This document shows positions 53,081 to 64,000 of a stretch of 64,000 nucleotides of DNA, one piece after another. Numbering within the stretch: the first letter of the stretch is position 1; each line of letters starts with the position of its first letter. The stretch is from Octopus vulgaris. Taxonomy: Eukaryota. The stretch is from contig OX597819.1 of NCBI GenBank assembly GCA_951406725.2, forward strand, positions 86,986,001 to 87,050,000, in the 5' to 3' direction. The notes beneath the pieces were generated by a model that was given only the letters and a program-made list of their open reading frames with translations, searched no databases and was not told the DNA's origin. Position numbers and translations under genes: made by a program.

Positions 53081-54644
53081 TGTTAGATATACACTAATTG
53101 TTTTTTTTTTTAATGTAACACTTAAAATTATAGAATCTTTGTTCAATATTGATGTACTGCATGCTTTCTTTATGTCTTTTTTATTGCATCAACAACAGTC
53201 TCTGCTCATTTTAACTTGGAAAGGCCATAACATTTCAATTAAATCTATCTCTCGACAGCCAACTCCTAATGGATTTTTTTTCATTCCATCAATTAATTTC
53301 TAGTTTTCTAGTAAGAAATATTGTGAAAAGCAATAATTATGTAAATTAAAATCAGTTTACAATTCCTCCAGAGTAACTGAGTTTAATGAGCATTAGGCGC
53401 TATCCTTCCCCACTTATTAATTAGCTATAAGAAAATTATTTGAAATACTAAATATTATTTCATATACCGTTAATCATAATTTATATTATGCAATGTCAAT
53501 CCCCGACCACACCAGACACTAGCAAAGCTAGCCGGCGATGTTCGAGTATTGAATCAAAGTGAAATTGAGTCAAAGATGCAGAAAGCTGTATTTCGAGGGA
53601 GAAATGGTTGCCATTTCTAACCTGTCTAGCGTCACATAGAGGTCTTCCTCGTTAGTTTCTATAAGCGCAAATACGCACACACACATGCACACACATACAC
53701 ACAAACACACACACATACACGTGTATGTATGTATATTTGTATGTATGCATGCATTCATGTATATATGTTGCTTTTTAGGTCTGTCAGTGGCGTCAAGTCT
53801 GCTAGATGAAAAGGGTGGTTTTCGTTGGATACCCTGCAGGATGAAAAACGAAACTTGACGAAGGGTGAACTGACTCAGTAGAGTCAACGGCTATCCAACA
53901 TCTGGTATTGAATGAACTCTAGTTATTCAAGATAAGTGCAAGACAAAAGATGACGTCACTAGATCTACGTTGTCCAGCATAGTTTCATAGTTAAAACGTG
54001 TGGGATTAAGAGGAAATTTGGTTGCTATTTCTAGCTAGTTGGACAACAATTTAAGAGTTAAAGCATTGTGCCTGGTGTTTAGCCTCAAATCAATCTTGCA
54101 CTAGTTGACTCCTGATCAAAATTGTCACACACAAACACACAAGTTCTCTCTCTCTCACACACACGCACGCACCCACATACACATATACACGAAGACGCGC
54201 GCGCGCGTATTCATATTAACTTCTGACTTGGAAATAAAAATTACGAAGAGAGGATGTTGTCCAATAGTATCTACTGTACCAGATTCAAAAGATAATGAAA
54301 GATCAACATCGATGCGATTTGATCTTGGTATGCACAACCAGTGTGTAAAAACACTGACAACAATATGAAGATCTAATCTGCAACAATAAAGAAAAAGGGT
54401 TATGTTATGAAACCGAGTCGAAATTGAACGAGTGGTTTACATTTTCTAATTATCATTTTTCTTTCAGAACAATTATATCATTAGTACCGTAATTACCTCT
54501 ATTTATACATTTTATCCGGTGACAATAATGATGCCCACGGAAAATTCAGATTCTAAAGTGTCAAAAACAAATAAATTACAATAATTTGATGAACAATTAT
54601 TTGTTTTTGTTGTACTTTTTCTAACAGCTATAGGGTATTTTTTT

Positions 54645-55020
54645 TTATCTTTTACTCGTTTTATTTACTTGACTGCGGCCATACTGAGACACAATCTCGA
54701 AGGTTTTTAGTCGAACAAATCGACACCAGGACTTTTTAAAACCTGGCACACATTCTATCAGTTTCTTTTACCAAATCGTTAGGTTACGGGACGTAAACAC
54801 ACCAACACCGGTTGTCAAGCGGTGATAGGGGGACAAACACAGGCACAAAAAAAACACATAGATATATACATATACAAATATACGACGGACTTCTTTCAGT
54901 TTCCGTCTACCAGATCTACTCACAAGACTTTGGTCAGGTCGAGGGTATAGTAGAAGACACTGTGGGTCTGAACTAGGTGCCATGTGACTGGGAAGCAAGC
55001 TTCTTACCACACAGCCACAC
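54645..55020 (-). mobile_element. SINE family A
   Basis: Both halves are recognisable. Confidence 0.8.
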
Positions 55021-55944
55021 GTGTATATAAATTTCCTCTCGTTCCACACAGAAGCTCTTAAATGGGTATGAGTGTTGTTTTTCCTCGTTTGTTAACGCCA
55101 TTAAAAATATTGCCTAGACAGCCATAGACTAACTCCAACCCTAAATAAATTCTCTGGGGAAAAAGGCTTCAGAACAATAGATTAAATGTTTTATTTACTA
55201 ATTCCATCCCTCCTATACTACCAACACCATGGAACATTAAATTCGATTAAATATCACATTTAAGAATATATGTCCCACAGATGAAGGACAAAATCATTAC
55301 AACTACAAACTACAACTATACAATGTTCGCAGCAAAGAAAGATGAGCAATGCACAAACATATTTAGATACCACATTTGACCAACAAAAAGAACCAATGAT
55401 AATGGATGACAAAAAATGCATTAGATCCATATCACGAACTTGGTTAATGTTGTTATCAACACAGGAAGTCATCAGGCGTCCTGATTCTACTTGATGCATG
55501 GCAGTTGTGTGATTACGTTTCAATATTTTATTAATCAATTCGTAGGCAGTTCGGTGCTACATGCTGATGAAAACTTTCAACGGATTTCAGCATCTGATAT
55601 ATATTCCTACCACAAAATAAAGACAACAAAAAAAAAATTATCACTGAATGCTGTTCTTTTCTCGTTTTTTTTCTCTAAGTAACTAGAAGGCGTAACGCTC
55701 GCAGCTAAAGTAATAACAACTTTGCGTTTCAAGCTCAAGTATCCACCATATTGCTTAAAGGGAAACTACAACGTGAAAGATATGAGAAAATGGAAGAAAA
55801 GGGAAATGCTGGTGAATCGATATAAACTTATTATCAAATATACATAAGCACACACATATACATAGGCACACATATGTACATCAATTTATTCATCCCTCCA
55901 TCCATCTATACACCCATTCATACACACATACATACATACATACA

Positions 55945-55975
<31 letters not shown>

Positions 55976-55977
<2 letters not shown>

Positions 55978-56436
55978 TGTGGCTGCCCCCTCATTATCGA
56001 GTATGGCCATTGCACGAAGCTTAATCAATGTTGTTATCGTGCAATGCCTGTGCAAGAAGATTTTTTAAAATGAGGAAAGGCTGTGCACTGAGTCAATCTC
56101 ACTAAGCAACAGCAGCCATAATTCGAAAAGAAGAACAAGTCATCATCATCGGTAACCACTGAGCCGCAGATCGCGCGATCGGGTATTTAGTCCGATTAGT
56201 TCTATGTTCCCGCGCATGATACAGCCTTAAGACATTTATTGGATGGGCGTTGACTCTCAAGAGTTCATCCGCCCTTTGACAGGCTTTGTTTTTCATCCCG
56301 CAGGGTGTCCAGTAAACACCCTCCTCACCAAGCAAGCTTGGTGGGGTTGCCGGTTTAGTCGCCGACGACCCGACCATGCAACAGGTTGTACTGGGTTACA
56401 TGTTACCAGTAGCACTCGAAAGTGACCTGACATGAC
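55976..56436 (-). mobile_element. Short non-coding retroposon resembling RTE/BovB 5'UTR-derived elements, inserted in (ACAT)n
   Basis: Reverse 'ggtgaggagggtgtttactggacaccctgcgggatgaaaaacaaagcctgtcaaagggcggatgaactcttgagagtcaacg' is homologous to 53805-53897. RTE affinity comes from recalled similarity only. Confidence 0.5.
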
Positions 56437-56811
56437 ATACATACATACATACCTACATACATACATACATACATACATACATACATAAACTGAGAATGCT
56501 GATAATTCCTTTTGGGGATGTTGATAGGATGTTATTTAATGGAGGTGACGGTGATAGTAGTTTTTGTAGGCTGAACGGAGCTGATTTCGAACAATGTATT
56601 TATTTTTGTGGACTGAACTAAAAAAAACAATACCATACCCCTTAAAGCAAGTAATTCTCATCGAGCTATGTCATCGCTACCTCTTTCACTGACATGACTA
56701 TAACCATCAAACAACCAACAGACCTTACAAACAACAAATAAATGTCATTATGACTGCCACCACCACAATAATTATTTTATCATCTCTTATGTTGTTTTTC
56801 TTTTTTCTCTT

Positions 56812-56861
<50 letters not shown>

Positions 56862-57004
56862 CTTTGATCAACTTCTTTTAGTGGAACGCAGAATGTAGAT
56901 AGGAACGTACTATTGTATTGGCATGTTCAACTTTTTAGTGGCTGAAATATATTTTCTATTATTTTGCTAATCTTCATTCATTTAAAATGACCTGGTAGTT
57001 GTGT

Positions 57005-57063
<59 letters not shown>

Positions 57064-57887
57064 ATTAATATAACGACATTGAATAGCAACTGATCAATTT
57101 CTAAATGCTAAATTACGTTGGCAGACAGCAAGACTGAAAACATTTCAAATAATACAGTCGACATTTCAAAATGATGCAAAATATTTTTAGAATTAAACGG
57201 GAAACTTGTAGATTAACACAAAATACATTTTTGAATAATGCAAATAATTACATTTGCGTCACATATTTCGATAAAAAGAATCCACTCCTATGCGGACATG
57301 CGACATCAGATATGAATTATTTGAATTAGATCATTACTATTATTTTTTTCTGTTTGTCAACAATATATTTCAAAATTTATTTAATAAAACTTTACATAGA
57401 ATCTAGCTCAAAAATATGTTTTAAAATTTATTTTTAAAAATTATTATTTTTCAATCTAAGAATTGAAACACAGCTATTCAAAATAATTTTTTTTTAAAAT
57501 ACATTAACAGTTTATATCACATATTTTGTCTTGTGTAGCGATATGCGTTAAGATTGGCTGAATCCCGAGGGGGCTACCACCAGGTAAAGAAATGAATGAT
57601 TACTTCATATCTTTGTTTTTTTTTTATTAATTTGTTTCAGTCATTGTTCTAGTCAAGGGTTTTGGCCAAACAGATCGATCCCAGCACTTACATTTTAAAA
57701 TCTAGTACTTATTCTACTGGTCGAAGGCGTACACAAACCAACGGTGATTGTGAAGCGGCGTGGGGAATAAACACAGAACACACGTAGATAAAAACACCCC
57801 AACCACATAGATACATACATGAACACACATATGTGTGTGTATATATATATGTATACACACAAACACACACACATACACACATACATA

Positions 57888-59085
57888 TGAGGTGTAGTAA
57901 AAAAATTATTCGCACTTTCGCCAAAACTTTAAGTTGGCTGCACTACTTCAAGCGCTTCCGTGCTGTTGTGTAGTACTGTTGTGGTTACGTAACTGATGTT
58001 TGACCTTGGCTGTTCCAGTTTTCTTTCTTGTGTTACAGAGTCAACATGGCCGGCCGCACCCTTGGAAGTGTGCACCAAGGAAGAACAGAGATCAGTGATA
58101 CGATGATCTGGTCCGATTGTGTGTAAGGGGTTGAAAATCATCACAGGCTTTCAATAAAATGCAGAGATAGCATTCTACTGCGTAGAAGTATGTATGAATG
58201 GATTGAGAAGTTTAGAAATGGCCGGACGAGCATGAAGAGAGCAGGATGTCAATCAAACTCCTCCACTGACGTGAAAATCAACATGCTCGAGAGATGGTTT
58301 TGGCAAACCGATGAGTGATCATCAATGAGGTGGCATGTCCTCTGTAAATTAGACATGGTTCTGCATGCGAAATTACCCCCGACAAACTTCGCTTCCGTAA
58401 ACTCTGTGCCTGACTGCTGTCGCGAGAGCTTACCGGAGACCATAAGTGCATCATGTGGAGATCTGTCAATGCTTACTCGACCGCTACAATGAAAGCAAAG
58501 CCTTTTTGGAGAGAATAGTCACAGGAAAAGAAACCTAGATCCACCACTTTGAGCCAGAATCCCAAATGCAGAGTATGGAGGGGAAACACTCAGTATCGCC
58601 AGCGAAAAAGAATTTTAACATTCAATCTTCCGCATAAAAAGTGATGCGAATTGTTCTTTTGGGAAGTAAAAAGGTTCTACTGGAAAAAGGTTGTACGGTC
58701 ACCAATGTAGGCTACAATGAGATGCTGGATAACAAACTGAAACAAGCCATTCGCACCAAACACCAAGATCTATTGGCGAAGCAAGAGTTATTGTTGCACG
58801 ACAGTGCACGCTCATATGCCGCCGCCCTTATCACTGAGCCTATTTAAAAACTGGGTTTGGAGTTGCTGGAACACCCTGCATATTGTCCAGATCTCGCCCT
58901 TTCCGACTGTCACCTCTTTGGACCGCTCAAACATCCTTTACGAGGTTGTCTATTTGGCACGGACGAAGAGCACAAGAAGCGGTGCATAAATGGTTGCGTG
59001 ACCAGCCGAAAAGCCTTCTTCTCCGATGGAACAATCAAGCCTCTGAACCATTGGAAGAAATGCATCGGAAAGCAAGGAGACTATC
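57888..59085 (+). mobile_element. mariner (DD34D) transposase pseudogene
   Basis: TA plus TIR-like tgaggtgtagtaaaaaattattcgcact; 'RIVTGKET*IHHFEPE'; 'LLHDSAR...HPAYCPDLALSDCHLF' with 34 residues D-D; 'WKKCIGKQGDY'. Confidence 0.9.
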
Positions 59086-59251
59086 CTGTCTTTTTCTTGC
59101 TTCAGTCATTTGACTGTGGCCATGATGGGGGACCGGTTTGAAGGATTTTAATCGAACAAATCGACCCCAGAACTTATTTTTTAAGGCCTAGTACTTATTC
59201 AATCGATTTTTTCTCCTTTTTTTTTGTTTTGCTAAACTGCAAAGTTACGGA

Positions 59252-59485
59252 CGTCGTGTGTATTTATTGAGCGAAAACGCCTAAAAGTTCCATGAGGCTC
59301 CGGCAGGGGGTGGTGGTGTCCCCTGTTGTACTCTTTCGCCACAACTTTCTCTCACTCTCTCTTCCTGTTTCTTGATTAACGCTGCGATGGACTGGCGTCC
59401 CGTCCAGCTGGGGGAACACATACACCATAGAAACCGGGAAACCGGGCCCATGAGCCTGGCTAGGCTTGAAAAGGGCGAAAAAAAA
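59252..59485 (+). mobile_element. Headless SINE with family C core and the alternative tail
   Basis: The core matches 33250-33345; the tail 'gaaaccgggaaaccgggcccatgagcc' matches 10065-10100; short poly(A). Confidence 0.8.
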
Positions 59486-60256
59486 TAGTTTATGAATGTT
59501 ACGTTCAGACAATGAAAATGGTAGGAAAAATGAACAACATGAGTGCACCTTCTATGGATCCACTACATGAAAATTTACTTTCAATAGTATGGCAAAGAAT
59601 TAGACAGATTTGGGACATTAGTCGATAACTTACTTCTCATTCTTATTTTTCAAAAGTTTCAAGGTAAAATTTACTTAGTATCCATTCACAATTTATATTG
59701 CAATTAAATTTCGTTTAGGAAGTTAGCATAAGGAACGATAGCCCACGACAAAGCTTCTGTGCAGTCGCTAGACTTGCAAGAAATAGCAGTCAACCCTTCT
59801 CCCAGTCACACACTATCGTCTTAAGATAAAATAAAAGGGAGGACACATTGGAACGATATAGATGGGGATTATCTACGCCTGTTTAATACGGGAGAACTTT
59901 TAATTTTCTCAATTAGGACTAAACAACTGCGTAAGGAAAGGAATACCGTGAAGTAATATATAAAGTAACTAATACTCATCATTGATTATATTTCATGAGA
60001 TAATTTATGGGAGATGGTTTAAATGGTATTACTGTCATGTCATGAATTTTATCTACTTTGTTATCTATTAATGAAACATAAAAGCTAACATAGCTAATTT
60101 AACAAAACTGATTAAACGCATTTTATTTAATTATAAATGTGTGTGTTCGCATACGTCTACGTGTGCGAATGTATGTGATGCGAGTGTATGTGTGATGTGT
60201 GTGTGTGTTCGTGAGCGTGCTACAAGTAACTGCACTTTCGATTCGACCACACAACA

Positions 60257-60492
60257 TACCTATTTCTTTATTACTCACAAGGAGCTAAACATAGAGGAGA
60301 CAAACAAGGACAGACATATGTATTAAGTCGATTACATCGACCCCAGTGCGTAACTGATACTTAATTTATCGATCCCGAAAGGATGAAAGGCAAAGTCGAC
60401 CTCGGCGGAATTTGAACTCACAACGTAACGACAGACGAAATACGGCTACGCATTTCGCCCGGCGTGCTAACGTTTCTGCCAGCTCGCAGCCT
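60257..60492 (-). mobile_element. SINE family B, full length
   Basis: Near-identical to 35005-35238. Confidence 0.9.
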
Positions 60493-60739
60493 ACCGGTTT
60501 ACGATCACTACTAATGACGTAAATAAGTAATTTACCATTACTCACGGCATGGACTTAAACAAACAACGGGGATGTCCTCACCATTCATAGCATGCACACT
60601 CTTCTCCTTATAGCACTATCAAAGAACTCTTCACATCGCAAATGGCTCTATATTTCTTACCGTTTCGTTTTATATGACTATAACCGCTTCTCCTTTTTTT
60701 CTCTGTTTCCCTCCCCTCATTCTCCCCCTTTCTCCCCTT

Positions 60740-60790
<51 letters not shown>

Positions 60791-60944
60791 CTCTCTCTCT
60801 GCGAGGTGAGTTAATTTTTATTGGGAGATTCCCACATTGTACTAGTCAAATACTAAGGTTAATTACACTTCAAGTCCTCCAAATTTATTACCTACTACAG
60901 TTAAAAATTAACAAGGAGTACCAATATTTGTCTCTATTTTGGTT

Positions 60945-62050
60945 TTATTGTCTTACTATACCTACATACAAACAAAAACCCGCAAGATACTAACATCAAC
61001 TGGAAACCTACACAGAAATAATGATATCAACAGGCTCTACCTAAGAAGCAATAACGAAGATAGAAGCTTGAGATCAGCGCAGACAACCTTTGGGTATTGT
61101 ATCATCTCTCTCCCACAACCCTTGTTAAGCAACAACTGCAAAAATAAATACATGAATTTAGTGCTGAAAAGTGAAGAGAAGAATATCCTACATGATGGCA
61201 GCGAGCTCCTCAGTAAGCACTCTCTTCCTGAAGACCTGCCATACGACTCCCAAACAGCCGGACAAACATATCTCAAGGAAGGTTTGAATGTGAAATGCTC
61301 AACATACCAAAAAAGAGATTGTACAAGGATATGCCTTCCAAAAACTAGACATGAAGCGAAGCCGCTCTTGGATTCGTGACCGCTATATCACATCACACTT
61401 TGAAGGTTATGTATTTTCAATCCAAGAACAGGAGATTGCTACGAAATGCCTACTAAGCAAAAGATGCAACAGAAAATGTAGATAATGTCATATTTCCGTG
61501 GAAGACATACGCACATATGATTAGCAGTTGCCCAAGAATGTCATCAAGGTACTACTTACTGTGCGATACGGCATTGTCGCAATGACAAAATATAATGTCA
61601 TTTGGAAAAAAAGATAGTCCTTGAATAAATATAGAGAATCCCTTGTTATTGAATAGATATAACAAACATCAACAGAAGGAATATAGGTGGAATATTCCCA
61701 TCAAAATATCTGTCAAATTTAAGCATATCGGGCCGGATATTATTGTTTGACGCAAACAAGAAAGGTATGTATCGTCATAGAGGTCAGCTGTCCTGCTGAC
61801 GTGAATATCTCTTTGAAAATAGAAGAGAAAGAGGATAGCTATGGACAGCTGCTTCGAAGCCTGCAGCATCTATATCCAGATCATAAATTCACATTTATAC
61901 CAATAATAATTGGCACACTTGCCTCAGTGACAATCTAGATAAGCTAGGGTTTACAGTAAAATAAATCAACCAACTACATCATACATTGAAAATACAATCT
62001 ATAAGTGGAACAGTAAAAATATGCAAGGCGTTTCTCAAGTGTAAAATGTG
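60945..62050 (+). mobile_element. Second R4-like (RLE) non-LTR family, 3' fragment
   Basis: 'TKTRKILT..GNLH...DINRLYL', 'FEGYVFSIQEQEIAT', and the PD..(D/E)xK-type 'PDII...IVIEVSCPAD...K...YGQL...FIPIIIGTLA'. Confidence 0.8.
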
Positions 62051-62651
62051 ACATTGCTTTTGTTATCCACAGTCCAACGATGGAACGTGTATCTTTGTTA
62101 GGAATCATCTACCTCAGAGGCAGAATTTAAATAATCAAAAGCAGAACACATACATACATATACATATATACACGTGGTAGTGGGGGCGGGGGCGCGCGTA
62201 TGTCTGTGTGTATGTTATCATTTACATTTTACATGCTTCAATTTTTTAACTGCCACCATGCTGGGACACCGACTGAAAGGGTTTAATCACTTAGGCGAAG
62301 AAATCGACTCCTTACTTATTTTTAGATCTGGTCTCTGTTGCCGAAGCGTTAAGTTATGGGGACAGAAGAAGCAATCAAAACGACTAAAACCACATTTTAA
62401 GAGCAATTTTGAAAAATAAAACTTTTACCTTGTTATCAGATTATTTTAGCAAATAAAAATTTATATATATATATATATTCGTTTATATACATTCGTGTGT
62501 GTGTGTGCGTGTTGCCTTTAGGTTTTGCTAATCAGCCACCTGCATTATATATAGTATACACGTCTACCGTTTTGAAATAGCGCATGCTTTTCAACAGTTT
62601 TCCTCATGAGTTGACGAGGCGAGTTATCTTTAACCCAAGGCGCAGTAAGTT

Positions 62652-62706
62652 CCACTGACGAGAATTGAGATGTCTCTTATCAGAATTCGAAATCACGTGA
62701 AATTGG
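62652..62706 (+). ncRNA. Hammerhead-like motif with a damaged cleavage triplet
   Basis: CCA-CTGACGA-GAATT...AATTC-GAAA-TCACGTGA-aat-TGG. Confidence 0.55.
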
Positions 62707-62926
62707 TATATCTACTACTTTAGTAATGAGCTAGTCACACCACAGCACGGGGCTTTCTCGCTTCCTCCCTTTCGTCAACTTATTACGATAGTGTTTTTGT
62801 GGCTGTTCGAGTCGTTTTGACCTTTATTTCTAGCAATGCTGGTAACACTTTGTACTGTTGTCACTTTAGTGACGTTGATAAATTTGTCTGTCTTTAAGTT
62901 TTAATTATATACACTTGCATTATATG

Positions 62927-62958
<32 letters not shown>

Positions 62959-62976
62959 AAAATATAAATGTATATA

Positions 62977-63015
<39 letters not shown>

Positions 63016-63378
63016 AATATATGCATATATACATACATATATGTACATACCTACATATATATGTATATATACATGCATAAATGGGTAAGGACATCATATA
63101 TATTTACATAAATAATGCAGGTGGCTTATTAGCAATTAAAACGTGTGTGAGTGATTGTGTGTGTGTGTGTGTGCGTGTGTCTGTGTGTGTAAGTATAAAA
63201 ACATAAATGCACAGACAATCGCAAAACAGACACAGAAGGTCACCAAATCCTTATCAGTTATCGGCCAGAGGGCCAAACGCTACACACACACACACACACA
63301 CATACACACACACACACGCACTCTCGCACACACAGGCACATAGACACACATGCACACATACACACATATACATATATA

Positions 63379-63590
63379 CACGAGTGGGTGCTGAAAAGTT
63401 TCTGACTCTAAGGGTGTCGCGAAAGACCTGGTTGGCGGCCAAACCTTCCGATTTCTTTAACAGGGCTTAGAAAAACCGCTGCAATAAGTGTATGAATATG
63501 AGAGGAGAATATATTGTATAAAATCATAATTAACTGATCCATCTTTATTTTCTTTTACCCAAAGCCAAGAATGTTTCAGCACGACCCCAT
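63379..63590 (+). mobile_element. Internally deleted mariner derivative (MITE, ~210 bp); a related TIR lies at ~21098-21130
   Basis: TIRs 'gggtgctgaaaagtttctgactct' and 'aaagccaagaatgtttcagcacgacccc'. Internal 'RCNKCMNMRGEYIV*' matches a mariner C-terminus. Confidence 0.7.
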
Positions 63591-63730
63591 ACATGCGACG
63601 GGCTTTTTTCAGTCTTTGTCTACCAAATCCACTCACAGGGCTTTGGTCGGCCGTTACCAGAAGGCTCTTGCCCAAGGTGCCACGCAGTAAGACTGAACTC
63701 AGAACCATGTGGTCGAGAAACAAACTTCTT
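63591..63730 (-). mobile_element. SINE family A 5' half
   Basis: Matches family A motifs. Confidence 0.75.
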
Positions 63731-64000
63731 AGTATAATTTGGACAGCTTTATTTTCAGTTTAAGAAGCTATAAGCCTTTGTAAGAGAGCATTTTATCTTT
63801 TCTTTTTTGTAGCAATATTTTAAGAGATTGCTAATGATAATTATTATGGAGGAATATCCTCTTTGCGTGGGTAAAAATAAACCACACTCTTGATATTTTT
63901 ACAATAGTTCAAGATTTAAAACAGAAAAATAACAATCAAGAATAATAAATAATTGCTTGAAGCATAATAAAACTTGTTAAAATTATTTGGAATAAGTTGG

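Noticed and set aside
55561-55595. CTGATGA motif (also at 38781)
   Set aside because: No properly placed stem II, GAAA and stem I; expected by chance.

Overview
Eukaryotic, AT-rich and very microsatellite-dense genomic DNA. The SINE repertoire and repeat style suggest Octopus or another coleoid cephalopod (inference). Most ORF-track entries are translations of simple repeats. One host exon, missed by the ORF track, is visible: a minus-strand first coding exon (5954-6054) encoding MGEETVKLKKNLGLMSGITLIVGTMI(G), the N-terminus/TM1 of an SLC7 amino-acid transporter light chain. The rest is intronic or upstream DNA packed with decayed mobile elements: several tRNA-derived SINE families; Tx1/L1, RTE, R4-like and CR1/Jockey-like LINE fragments; Penelope-like elements; Tc1/mariner transposases with DD34E, DD36E, DD37D and DD34D spacings; and a non-autonomous Helitron. 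The main unexpected signal is a set of at least seven minimal hammerhead-ribozyme folds. They include a two-copy family with a compensatory G3:C8 core swap and one fold with a very long stem II. Other oddities are a Tx1-like LINE sitting inside (CTAT)n, an RTE insertion with twin-priming geometry, and SINEs with swapped tails. Repeat boundaries were read by eye and are approximate.
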